Below are positions 37,901 to 51,800 of a DNA stretch of 64,000 bases, piece by piece (the stretch's first letter is position 1; the number at the start of each line of letters is the position of its first letter). The stretch spans positions 4,710-68,709 of the forward strand of contig NEEC01000247.1 in assembly GCA_002189035.1 (NCBI GenBank). The letters run 5' to 3'. Both the position numbers and the translations under genes were made by a program. Source of the stretch: Utricularia gibba. Taxonomy: Eukaryota; Plantae; Magnoliophyta. The notes under the pieces are model-generated. The model was not told the DNA's origin, ran no database searches, and saw only the letters and a program-made list of their open reading frames with translations.

Positions 37901-40900
37901 ATTTTCGTCGAATAGGACCCGATTGGGCTCAGGAGTCGAACCGAACCTTGGGTCCGGATGAACTTCCCAACGAAAGCACCCACCCAAAAACGACAAGCTT
38001 TTCCTTCAGAAACATGTAGGCAGCTGCCGAAAACCCAACGTTAATAAATGGATCACTTTTTTTGCCGGGCTACAAATGACTATGGGCCCGAGCCCGACCG
38101 ACCTCCGGCCGATCCTGGTGCCCCTCGAGAGCGCCTCCTCAAATATAAAGCTTGTGGTTGGAAAACCATTTGGGGTGCTCATGACATCCTAACTTCAATA
38201 AATGCATCACGATTTTCGTCGAATAGGACCCGATGGGCTCAGGAGTCGAACCGAACCTTGGGTCCGGATGAACTTCCCAACGAAAGCACCCACCAAAAAC
38301 GACAAGCTTTTCCTTCAGAAACCATGTAGGCAGCTGCCGAAAACCCAACGTTAATAAATGGATCACTTTTTTTCCCGGGCTACAAATGACTATGGGCCGA
38401 GCCCGACCGACCTCCGGCCCGATCCTGGTGCCCCTCGAGAGCGCCTCCTCAAATATAAAGCTTGTGGATGAGAAAACCATTTGGGGTGCTCATGACATCC
38501 TAACTTCAATAAATGCATCACGATTTTCGTCGAATAGGACCCGATTGGGCTCAGGAGTCGAACGAACCTTGGGTCCGGATGAACTTCCCAACGAAAGCAC
38601 CCACCCAAAAACGACAAGCTTTTCCTTCAGAAACAATGTAGGCAGCTGCCGAAAACCCAACGTTAATAAATGGATCACTTTTTTTGCCGGGCTACAAATG
38701 ACTATGGGCCCGATTCGACGACCTCCGGCCCGATCCTAGTGCCCTCGAGAGCGCCTCCTCAAATAAAAAGTTGTGGTTGAAAACCATTTGGGGTGCTCAT
38801 GACATCCTAACTTCAATAAATGCATCACGATTTTCGTCGAATAGGACCCGATTGGCTCAGGAGTCGAACCGAACCTTGGGTCCGGATGAACTTCCCAACG
38901 AAAGCACCCACCAAAAACGACAAGCTTTTCCTTCAGAAACCATGTAGGCAGCTGCCGAAAACCCAACGTTAATAAATGGATCACTTTTTTTTCCCGGGCT
39001 ACAAATGACTATGGCCCGAGCCCGACCCGACCTCCGGCCCGATCCTGTGCCCCTCGAGAGCGCCTCCTCAAATATAAAGCTTGTGGATGAGAAAACCATT
39101 TGGGGTGCTCATGACATCCTAACTTCAATAAATGCATCACGATTTTCGTCGAATAGGACCCGATTGGGCTCAGGAGTCGAACGAACCTTGGGTCCGGATG
39201 AACTTCCCAACGAAAGCACCCACCCAAAAACGACAAGCTTTTCCTTCAGAAAACATGTAGGCAGCTGCCGAAAACCCAACGTTAATAAATGGATCACTTT
39301 TTTTGCCGGGCTACAAATGACTATGGGCCCGACGACCGACCTCCGGCCGATCCTGGTGCCCCTCGAGAGCGCCTCCTCAAATAAAAAGCTTGTGGTTGAA
39401 AAACCATTTGGGGTGCTCATGACATCCTAACTTCAATAAATGCATCACGATTTTCGTCGAATAGGACCCGATTGGGCTCAGGAGTCGAACCGAACCTTGG
39501 GTCCGATGAACTTCCCAACGAAAGCACCCACCCAAAAACGACAAGCTTTTCCTTCAGAAACATGTAGGCAGCTGCCGAAAACCCAACGTTAATAAATGGA
39601 TCACTTTTTTTGCCGGGCTACAAATGACTATGGGCCCGAGCCCGACCCGACCTGCCCGATCCTGGTGCCCCTCGAGAGCGCCTCCTCAAATAAGCTTGTG
39701 GATGAGAAAACCATTTGGGGTGCTCATGACATCCTAACTTCAATAAATGCATCACGATTTTCGTCGAATAGGACCCGATTGGGCTCAGGAGTCGAACGAA
39801 CCTTGGGTCCGGATGAACTTCCCAACGAAAGCACCCACCAAAAACGACAAGCTTTTCCTTCAGAAACATGTAGGCAGCTGCCGAAAACCCAACGTTAATA
39901 AATGGATCACTTTTTTTGCCGGGCTACAAATGACTATGGCCCGACGACCGACCTCCGGCCGATCCTAGTGCCCCTCGAGAGCGCCTCCTCAAATAAAGCT
40001 TGTGGGAAAACCATTTGGGTGCTCATGACATCCTAACTTCAATAAATGCATCACGATTTTCGTCGAATAGGACCCGATTGGGCTCAGGAGTCGAACCGAA
40101 CCTTGGGTCCGGATGAACTTCCCAACGAAAGCACCCACCCAAAAACGACAAGCTTTTCCTTCAGAAACAATGTAGGCAGCTGCCGAAAACCCAACGTTAA
40201 TAAATGGATCACTTTTTTTGCCGGGCTACAAATGACTATGGGCCCGAGCCCGACCCGACCTCCGGCCCGATCCTGGTGCCCCTCGAGAGCGCCTCCTCAA
40301 ATATAAAGCTTGTGGATGAGAAAACCATTTGGGGTGCTCATGACATCCTAACTTCAATAAATGCATCACGATTTTCGTCGAATAGGACCCGATTGGGCTC
40401 AGGAGTCGAACGAACCTTGGGTCCGGATGAACTTCCCAACGAAAGCACCCACCCAAAAACGACAAGCTTTTCCTTCAGAAACATGTAGGCAGCTGCCGAA
40501 AACCCAACGTTAATAAATGGATCACTTTTTTTGCCGGGCTACAAATGACTATGGGCCGACGACCTCCGGCCGATCCTAGTGCCCCTCGAGAGCGCCTCCT
40601 CAAAATAAAGTTGTCATTTGGGGTGCTCATGAAATGCATCACGAAATCGGGTATATACAAATGACTATGGGCCCGAGCCCGACCGACCTCCGGCCCGATC
40701 CTGGTGCCCCTCGAGAGCGCCTCCTCAAATAAAGCTTGTGGATGAGAAAACCATTTGGGGTGCTCATGACATCCTAACTTCAATAAATGCATCACGATTT
40801 TCGTCGAATAGGACCCGATGGGCTCAGGAGTCGAACGAACCTTGGGTCCGGATGAACTTCCCAACGAAAGCACCCACCCAAAAACGACAAGCTTTTCCTT

Positions 40901-43900
40901 CAGAAACAATGTAGGCAGCTGCCGAAAACCCAACGTTAATAAATGGATCACTTTTTTTGCCGGGCTACAAATGACTATGGGCCCGAGCCCGACCCGACCT
41001 CCGGCCCGATCCTGGTGCCCCTCGAGAGCGCCTCCTCAAATATAAAGCTTGTGGATGAGAAAACCATTTGGGGTGCTCATGACATCCTAACTTCAATAAA
41101 TGCATCACGATTTTCGTCGAATAGGACCGATTGGGCTCAGGAGTCGAACCGAACCTTGGTCGGATGAACTTCCCAACGAAAGCACCCACCCAAAAACGAC
41201 AAGCTTTTCCTTCAGAAACCATGTAGGCAGCTGCCGAAAACCCAACGTTAATAAATGGATCACTTTTTTTGCCGGGCTACAAATGACTATGGGCCCGAGA
41301 GACCTCCGGCCCGATCCTAGTGCCCCTCGAGAGCGCCTCCTCAAATAAAAAGCTTGTGGTTGAGAAAACCATTTGGGGTGCTCATGACATCCTAACTTCA
41401 ATAAATGCATCACGATTTTCGTCGAATAGGACCCGATTGGGCTCAGGAGTCGAACGAACCTTGGGTCCGGACGAACTTCCCAACGAAAGCACCCACCCAA
41501 AAACGACAAGCTTTTCCTTCAGAAACCATGTAGGCAGCTGCCGAAAACCCAACGTTAATAAATGGATCACTTTTTTTGCCGGGCTACAAATGACTATGGG
41601 CCCGAGCCCGACCCGACCTCCGGCCGATCCTGGTGCCCTCGAGAGCGCCTCCTCAAATAAAAGCTGTGGATGAGAAAACCATTTGGGGTGCTCATGACAT
41701 CCTAACTTCAAAAAATGCATCACGATTTTCGTCGAATAGGACCCGATTGGGCTCAGGAGTCGAACCGAACCTTGGGTCCGGACGAACTTCCCAACGAAAG
41801 CACCCACCCAAAAACGACAAGCTTTTCCTTCAGAAACCATGTAGGCAGCTGCCGAAAACCCAACGTTAATAAATGGATCACTTTTTTTGCCGGGCTACAA
41901 ATGACTATGGGCCCGACGACCTCCGCCCGATCCTAGTGCCCCTCGAGAGCGCCTCCTCAAATAAAAAGCTGTGGTTGAGAAAACCATTTGGGGTGCTCAT
42001 GACATCCTAACTTCAATAAATGCATCACGATTTTCGTCGAATAGGACCCGATTGGGCTCAGGAGTCGAACCGAACCTTGGGTCCGGATGAATCCAACGAA
42101 AGCACCCACCCAAAAACGACAAGCTTTTCCTTCAGAAACCATGTAGGCAGCTGCCGAAAACCCAACGTTAATAAATGGATCACTTTTTTTCCGGGCTACA
42201 AATGACTATGGGCCCGAGCCCGCCGACCTCCGGCCCGATCCTGGTGCCCCTCGAGAGCGCCTCCTCAAATATAAAGCTTGTGGATGAGAAACCATTTGGG
42301 GTGCTCATGACATCCTAACTTCAATAAATGCATCACGATTTTCGTCGAATAGGACCCGATTGGGCTCAGGAGTCGAACGAACCTTGGGTCCGGATGAACT
42401 TCCCAACGAAAGCACCCACCCAAAAACGACAAGCTTTTCCTTCAAAACAATGTAGGCAGCTGCCGAAAACCCAACGTTAATAAATGGATCACTTTTTTTG
42501 CCGGGCTACAAATGACTATGGGCCCGACGACGACCTCCGGCCGATCCTAGTGCCCCTCGAGAGCGCCTCCTCAATAAAAAGCTGTGGATGAGAAAACCAT
42601 TTGGGGTGCTCATGACATCCTAACTTCAATAAATGCATCACGATTTTCGTCGAATAGGACCCGATTGGGCTCAGGAGTCGAACCGAACCTTGGGTCCGGA
42701 TGAACTTCCCAACGAAAGCACCCACCCAAAAACGACAAGCTTTTCCTTCAGAAACAATGTAGGCAGCTGCCGAAAACCCAACGTTAATAAATGGATCACT
42801 TTTTTTTGCCGGGCTACAAATGACTATGGGCCCGAGCCCGACCCGACCTCCGGCCGATCCTGGTGCCCCTCGAGAGCGCCTCCTCAAATAAAAGCTTGTG
42901 GATGAGAAAACCATTTGGGGTGCTCATGACATCCTAACTTCAATAAATGCATCACGATTTTCGTCGAATAGGACCCGATTGGGCTCAGGAGTCGAACCGA
43001 ACCTTGGGTCCGGATGAACTTCCCAACGAAAGCACCCACCCAAAAACGACAAGCTTTTCCTTCAGAAACCATGTAGGCAGCTGCCGAAAACCCAACGTTA
43101 ATAAATGGATCACTTTTTTTGCCGGGCTACAAATGACTATGGGCCCGAGCCCGACCCGACCTCCGGCCCGATCCTGGTGCCCCTCGAGAGCGCCTCCTCA
43201 AATATAAAGCTTGTGGATGAGAAAACCATTTGGGGTGCTCATGACATCCTAACTTCAATAAATGCATCACGATTTTCGTCGAATAGGACCGATTGGGCTC
43301 AGGAGTCGAACCGAACCTTGGGTCCGGATGAACTTCCCAACGAAAGCACCCACCCAAAAACGACAAGCTTTTCCTTCAGAAACCATGTAGGCAGCTGCCG
43401 AAAACCCAACGTTAATAAATGGATCACTTTTTTTGCCGGGCTACAAATGACTATGGGCCCGAGCCGACCCGACCTCCGGCCGATCCTAGTGCCCCTCGAG
43501 AGCGCCTCCTCAAATATAAAGCTTGTGGTGAGAAAACCATTTGGGGTGCTCATGACATCCTAACTTCAAAAAATGCATCACGATTTTCGTCGAATAGGAC
43601 CCGATTGGGCTCAGGAGTCGAACCGAACCTTGGGTCCGGATGAACTTCCCAACGAAAGCACCCACCCAAAAACGACAAGCTTTTCCTTCAGAAACAATGT
43701 AGGCAGCTGCCGAAAACCCAACGTTAATAAATGGATCACTTTTTTTGCCGGGCTACAAATGACTATGGGCCCGAGCGACCCGACCTCCGGCCGATCCTAG
43801 TGCCCCTCGAGAGCGCCTCCTCAAATAAAGCTTGTGGTGAGAAAACCATTTGGGGTGCTCATGACATCCTAACTTCAATAAATGCATCACGATTTTCGTC

Positions 43901-46900
43901 GAATAGGACCCGATTGGGCTCAGGAGTCGAACCGAACCTTGGGTCCGGATGAACTTCCCAAAAGCACCCACCCAAAAACGACAAGCTTTTCCTTCAGAAA
44001 CCATGTAGGCAGCTGCCGAAAACCCAACGTTAATAAATGGATCACTTTTTTTGCCGGGCTACAAATGACTATGGGCCGAGCCCGACCGACCTCCGGCCCG
44101 ATCCTGGTGCCCCTCGAGAGCGCCTCCTCAAATATAAAAGCTTGTGGATGAGAAAACCATTTGGGGTGCTCATGACATCCTAACTTCAATAAATGCATCA
44201 CGATTTTCGTCGAATAGGACCCGATTGGGCTCAGGAGTCGAACCGAACCTTGGGTCCGGATGAACTTCCCAACGAAAGCACCCACCCAAAAACGACAAGC
44301 TTTTCCTTCAGAAACAATGTAGGCAGCTGCCGAAAACCCAACGTTAATAAATGGATCACTTTTTTTGCCGGGCTACAAATGACTATGGGCCCGAGTTCGA
44401 CCCGACCTCCGGCCGATCCTAGTGCCCCTCGAGCGCCTCCTCAAATAAAAAGCATGTGGTTGAGAAAACCATTTGGGGTGCTCATGACATCCTAACTTCA
44501 ATAAATGCATCACGATTTTCGTCGAATAGGACCCGATTGGGCTCAGGAGTCGAACCGAACCTTGGGTCCGGATGAACTTCCCAACGAAAGCACCCACCCA
44601 AAAACGACAAGCTTTTCCTTCAGAAACCATGTAGCAGCTGCCGAAAACCCAACGTTAATAAATGGATCACTTTTTTTTGCCGGGCTACAAATGACTATGG
44701 GCCCGAGCCGACCTCCGGCCCGATCCTAGTGCCCCTCGAGAGCGCCTCCTCAATAAAAAGCTTGTGGATGAGAAAACCATTTGGGGTGCTCATGACATCC
44801 TAACTTCAATAAATGCATCACGATTTTCGTCGAATAGGACCCGATTGGGCTCAGGAGTCGAACCGAACCTTGGGTCCGGATGAACTTCCCAACGAAAGCA
44901 CCCACCCAAAAACGACAAGCTTTTCCTTCAGAAACCATGTAGGCAGCTGCCGAAAACCCAACGTTAATAAATGGATCACTTTTTTTGCCGGGCTACAAAT
45001 GACTATGGGCCCGAGCCCGACCCGACCTCCGGCCGATCCTGGTGCCCCTCGAGAGCGCCTCCTCAAATATAAAGCTTGTGGATGAGAAAACCATTTGGGT
45101 GCTCATGACATCCTAACTTCAAAAAAATGCATCACGATTTTCGTCGAATAGGACCCGATTGGGCTCAGGAGTCGAACCGAACCTTGGGTCCGGATGAACT
45201 TCCCACGAAAGCACCCACCCAAAAACGACAAGCTTTTCCTTCAGAAACCATGTAGGCAGCTGCCGAAAACCCAACGTTAATAAATGGATCACTTTTTTTG
45301 CCGGGCTACAAATGACTATGGGCCCGAGCGAAGACCTCCGCCCGATCCTAGTGCCCCTCGAGAGCGCCTCCTCAAATAAAAAGCTTGTGGTTGAGAAAAC
45401 CATTTGGGGTGCTCATGACATCCTAACTTCAATAAATGCATCACGATTTTCGTCGAATAGGACCCGATTGGGCTCAGGAGTCGAACCGAACCTTGGGTCC
45501 GGACGAACTTCCCAACAAAGCACCCACCCAAAAACGACAAGCTTTTCCTTCAGAAACCATGTAGGCAGCTGCCGAAAACCCAACGTTAATAAATGGATCA
45601 CTTTTTTTGCCGGGCTACAAATGACTATGGGGCCGAGCCCGACCGACCTCCGGCCCGATCCTGGTGCCCCTCGAGAGCGCCTCCTCAAATATAAAGCTTG
45701 TGGATGAGAAAACCATTTGGGGTGCTCATGACATCCTAACTTCAATAAATGCATCACGATTTTCGTCGAATAGGACCCGATTGGGCTCAGGAGTCGAACG
45801 AACCTTGGGTCCGGATGAACTTCCCAACGAAAGCACCCACCCAAAAACGACAAGCTTTTCCTTCAGAAACAATGTAGGCAGCTGCCGAAAACCCAACGTT
45901 AATAAATGGATCACTTTTTTTGCCGGGCTACAAATGACTATGGGCCCGAGCCCGACCCGACCTCCGGCCGATCCTAGTGCCCCTCGAGAGCGCCTCCTCA
46001 AATAAAAAGCTGTGGTTGAGAAAACCATTTGGGGTGCTCATGACATCCTAACTTCAAAAAAATGCATCACGATTTTCGTCGAATAGGACCCGATTGGGCT
46101 CAGGAGTCGAACCGAACCTTGGGTCCGGACGAACTTCCCAACGAAGCACCCACCAAAAACGACAAGCTTTTCCTTCAGAAACCATGTAGGCAGCTGCCGA
46201 AAACCCAACGTTAATAAATGGATCACTTTTTTTGCCGGGCTACAAATGACTATGGGCCCGAGTTCGACGACCTCCGGCCCGATCCTAGTGCCCCTCGAGA
46301 GCGCCTCCTCAAATATAAAGCTTGTGGTTGAGAAAACCATTTGGGGTGCTCATGACATCCTAACTTCAATAAATGCATCACGATTTTTCGAATAGGACCC
46401 GATTGGGCTCAGGAGTCGAACCGAACCTTGGGTCCGGATGAACTTCCCAACGAAAGCACCCAACCAAAAACGACAAGCTTTTCCTTCAGAAACCATGTAG
46501 GCAGCTGCCGAAAACCCAACGTTAATAAATGGATCACTTTTTTTGCCGGGCTACAAATGACTATGGGCCCGAGCCCGACCCGACCTCCGGCCCGATCCTG
46601 GTGCCCCTCGAGAGCGCCTCCTCAAATATAAAGCTTGTGGATGAGAAAACCATTTGGGGTGCTCATGACATCCTAACTTCAAAAAATGCATCACGATTTT
46701 CGTCGAATAGGACCCGATTGGGCTCAGGAGTCGAACCGAACCTTGGGTCCGGATGAACTTCCCAAAAAGCACCCACCAAAAACGACAAGCTTTTCCTTCA
46801 GAAACCATGTAGGCAGCTGCCGAAAACCCAACGTTAATAAATGGATCACTTTTTTTGCCGGGCTACAAATGACTATGGGCCCGAGCCCGACGACCTCCGG

Positions 46901-48860
46901 CCCGATCCTAGTGCCCCTCGAGAGCGCCTCCTCAAATAAAAGCTGTGGTTGAGAAAACCATTTGGGGTGCTCATGACATCCTAACTTCAATAAATGCATC
47001 ACGATTTTCGTCGAATAGGACCCGATTGGGCTCAGGAGTCGAACCGAACCTTGGGTCCGGATGAACTTCCCAACGAAAGCACCCACCCAAAAACGACAAG
47101 CTTTTCCTTCAGAAACCATGTAGGCAGCTGCCGAAAACCCAACGTTAATAAATGGATCACTTTTTTTGCCGGGCTACAAATGACTATGGGCCGAGCCCGA
47201 CCGACCTCCGGCCCGATCCTGGTGCCCCTCGAGAGCGCCTCCTCAAATATAAAGCTTGTGGATGAAAACCATTTGGGGTGCTCATGACATCCTAACTTCA
47301 ATAAATGCATCACGATTTTCGTCGAATAGGACCCGATTGGGCTCAGGAGTCGAACGAACCTTGGGTCCGGATGAACTTCCCAACGAAAGCACCCACCCAA
47401 AAACGACAAGCTTTTCCTTCAGAAACAATGTAGGCAGCTGCCGAAAACCCAACGTTAATAAATGGATCACTTTTTTGCCGGGCTACAAATGACTATGGGC
47501 CCGAGCCCGACCCGACCTCCGGCCCGATCCTGGTGCCCCTCGAGAGCGCCTCCTCAAATATAAAGCTTGTGAGAAAACCATTTGGGGTGCTCATGACATC
47601 CTAACTTCAAAAATGCATCACGATTTTCGTCGAATAGGACCCGATTGGGCTCAGGAGTCGAACCGAACCTTGGGTCCGGACGAATTCCCAACGAAAGCAC
47701 CCACCCAAAAACGACAAGCTTTTCCTTCAGAAACCATGTAGGCAGCTGCCGAAAACCCAACGTTAATAAATGGATCACTTTTTTTGCCGGGCTACAAATG
47801 ACTATGGGCCCGAGTGACCTCCGGCCCGATCCTAGTGCCCCTCGAGAGCGCCTCCTCAAATAAAAAGCTTGTGGTGAGAAAACCATTTGGGGTGCTCATG
47901 ACATCCTAACTTCAATAAATGCATCACGATTTTCGTCGAATAGGACCCGATTGGGCTCAGGAGTCGAACCGAACCTTGGGTCCGGACGAACTTCCCAACG
48001 AAAGCACCCACCCAAAAACGACAAGCTTTTCCTTCAGAAACCATGTAGGCAGCTGCCGAAAACCCAACGTTAATAAATGGATCACTTTTTTTTGCCGGGC
48101 TACAAATGACTATGGGCCCGAGCCCGACCGACCTCCGGCCGATCCTGGTGCCCCTCGAGAGCGCCTCCTCAAATAAAAGCTTGTGGTTGAGAAAACCATT
48201 TGGGGTGCTCATGACATCCTAACTTCAAAAAAATGCATCACGATTTTCGTCGAATAGGACCCGATTGGGCTCAGGAGTCGAACCGAACCTTGGGTCCGGA
48301 CGAACTTCCCAACGAAAGCACCCACCCAAAAACGACAAGCTTTTCCTTTAGAAACCATGTAGGCAGCTGCCGAAAACCCAACGTTAATAAATGGATCACT
48401 TTTTTGCCGGGCTACAAATGACTATGGGCCCGAGCCCGACCGACCTCCGGCCCGATCCTGTGCCCCTCGAGAGCGCCTCCTCAAATATAAAGCTTGTGGA
48501 TGAGAAAACCATTTGGGGGTGCTCATGACATCCTAACTTCAAAAATGCATCACGATTTTCGTCGAATAGGACCCGATTGGGCTCAGGAGTCGAACGAACC
48601 TTGGGTCCCTTCCCAACGAAAGCACCCACCCAAAAACGACAAGCTTTTCCTTCAGAAACAATGTAGGCAGCTGCCGAAAACCCAACGTTAATAAATGGAT
48701 CACTTTTTTTGCCGGGCTACAAATGACTATGGGCCCGAGTTCGACCCGACCTCCGGCCGATCCTAGTGCCCCTCGAGAGCGCCTCCTCAAATAAAAGCAT
48801 GTGGTTGAGAAAACCATTTGGGGTGCTCATGACATCCTAACTTCAAAAAATGCATCACGA
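29000..48860. repeat. Array domain 2: G-like monomers, almost fixed for cgtcgaat and gggctcagg, with no canonical T-type monomer
   Basis: gggcgcagg is absent between 28419 and 48884. gatttcgacaag is absent between 28900 and ~49670. agtatgtggttgg is absent between ~28335 and ~49729. Confidence 0.8.
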
Positions 48861-51800
48861 TTTTCGTTGAATAGGACCCGATTGGGCGCAGGAGTCGAAC
48901 CGAACCTTGGGTCCGGATGAACTTCCCAACGAAAGCACCCACCCAAAAACGACAAGCTTTTCCTTCAGAAACAATGTAGGCAGCTGCCGAAAACCCAACG
49001 TTAATAAATGGATCACTTTTTTGCCGGGCTACAAATGACTATGGGCCCGAGCCCGACCCGACCTCCAGCCCGATCCTGGTGCCCCTCGAGAGCGCCTCCT
49101 CAAATATAAATCTTGTGGATGAGAAAACCATTTGGGGTGCTCATGACATCCTAACTTCAAAAAAATGCATGTTGATTTTGTTGAATAGACCCGATTGGCT
49201 CAGGAGTCGAACCGAACCTTGTGTCCGGATGAAACTTCCCAATGAAAGCACCAACCAAAAACGACAAGCTTTTCCTTCAGAAACCATGTAAGCAGCTGCC
49301 GAAAACCCAACGTTAATAAATGGATCACTTTTTTTCCCGGGCTACAAATGACTATGGGCCCGAGCCCGACCTGACCTCCGGCCGATCCTGGTGCCCCTCG
49401 AGAGCCCTCCTCAAATATAAAGCTTGTGGATGAGAAAACCATTTGGGGTGCTCATGACATCCTAACTTCAATAAATGCATCACGATTTTCGTCAAATAGA
49501 CCTGATTTGGCTCAGGAGTCGAAAAACTTGGGTCTGGACGAAGTTCCCAACGAAGCACCCACCCAAAAAAGACAAGCTTTTCCTTCAGAAACAATGTAGG
49601 CAGCTGCCGAAAACCCAACGTTAATAAATGGATCACTTTTTTTGCCGGGCTACAAATGACTATGGGCCCGATTCGACAAGACCTCCGGCCGATCCTAGTG
49701 CCCCTCGAGAGCGCCTCCTCAAATAAAAAGTATGTGGTTGGAAAACCATTTGGGGTGCTCATGACATCCTAACTTCAATAAATGCATCACGATTTTCGTT
49801 GAATAGGACCCGATTGGGCGCAGGAGTCGAACCGAACCTTGGGTCCGGATGAACTTCCCAACGAAAGCACCCACCAAAAACGACAAGCTTTTCCTTCAGA
49901 AACAATGTAGGCAGCTGCCGAAAACCCAACGTTAATAAATGGATCACTTTTTTTGCCGGGCTACAAATGACTATGGGCCCGAGCCCGACCCGACCTCCGG
50001 CCCGATCCTGGTGCCCCTCGAGCGCCTCCTCAAATATAAATCTTGTGGATGAGAAAGCCATTTGGGGTGCTCATGACATCCTAACTTCAAAAAATGCATG
50101 GATTTTCGTTGAATAGGACCCGATTGGGCTCAGGAGTCGAACCGAACCTTGTCCGGATGAACTTCCCAATGAAAGCACCAAACCAAAAACGACAAGCTTT
50201 TCCTTCAGAAACCATGTAAGCAGCTGCCGAAAACCCAACGTTAATAAATGGATCACTTTTTTTCCGGGCTACAAATGACTATGGGCCCGAGCCCGACCGA
50301 CCTCCGGCCCGATCCTGGTGCCCCTCGAGAGCGCCTCCTCAAATATAAAGCTTGTGGATGAGAAAACCATTTGGGGTGCTCATGACATCCTAACTTCAAT
50401 AAATGCATCACGATTTTCGTCAAATAGACCGATTGGCTCAGGAGTCGAACGAAACTTGGGTCGGACGAAGTTCCAACGAAGCACCCACCCAAAAAAGACA
50501 AGCTTTTCCTTCAGAAACAATGTAGGCAGCTGCCGAAAAACCCAACGTTAATAAATGGATCACTTTTTTTGCCGGGCTACAAATGACTATGGGCCCGATT
50601 TCGACAAGACCTCCGGCCGATCCTAGTGCCCTCGAGAGCGCCTCCTCAAATAAAAAAGTGGTTGAAACCATTTGGGTGCTCATGACATCCTAACTTCAAT
50701 AAATGCATCACGATTTTCGTTGAATAGGACCCGATTGGGCGCAGGAGTCGAACCGAACCTTGGGTCCGGATGAACTTCCCAACGAAAGCACCCACCAAAA
50801 AACGACAAGCTTTTCCTTCAGAAACAATGTAGCAGCTGCCGAAAACCCAACGTTAATAAATGGATCACTTTTTTTGCCGGGCTACAAATGACTATGGCCC
50901 GATTTCGACAAGACCTCCGGCCCGATCCTAGTGCCCCTCGAGAGCGCCTCCTCAAATATAAAGCTTGTGGATGAGAAACCATTTGGGGTGCTCATGACAT
51001 CCTAACTTCAATAAATGCATCACGATTTTCGTTGAATAGGACCCGATTGGGCTCAGGAGTCGAACCGAACCTTGGGTCCGGATGAACTTCCCAACGAAAG
51101 CACCCACCCAAAAACGACAAGCTTTTCCTTCAGAAACAATGTAGGCAGCTGCCGAAAACCCAACGTTAATAAATGGATCACTTTTTTTTGCCGGGCTACA
51201 AATGACTATGGGCCCGAGCCCGACCCGACCTCCGGCCCGATCCTGGTGCCCCTCGAGAGCGCCTCCTCAAATATAAAGCTTGTGGATGAGAAACCATTTG
51301 GGGTGCTCATGACATCCTAACTTCAAAAATGCATTTGATTTTCGTGAATAGGACCCGATTGGCTCAGGAGTCGAACCGAACCTTGGTTCGGATGAACTTC
51401 CCAATGAAAGCACCAACCAAAAACGACAAGCTTTTCCTTCAGAAACCATGTAAGCAGCTGCCGAAAACCCAACGTTAATAAATGGATCACTTTTTTTCCC
51501 GGGCTACAAATGACTATGGGCCCGAGCCGACCGACCTCCGGCCCGATCCTGGTGCCCCTCGAGAGCCTCCTCAAATATAAAGCTTGTGGATGAGAAAACC
51601 ATTTGGGGTGCTCATGACATCCTAACTTCAATAAATGCATCACGATTTTCGTCAAATAGACCCGATTGGCTCAGGAGTCGAACCGAAACTTGGGTCGGAC
51701 GAAGTTCCCAACGAAGCACCCACCCAAAAAAGACAAGCTTTTCCTTCAGAAACAATGTAGGCAGCTGCCGAAAACCCAACGTTAATAAATGGATCACTTT

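Noticed and set aside
48595-48620. 8-bp deletion (ttgggtcc-cttcccaacg) and similar one-off losses near 26505 and 63620
   Set aside because: Each is seen once, without linked alleles, and cannot be distinguished from read error.
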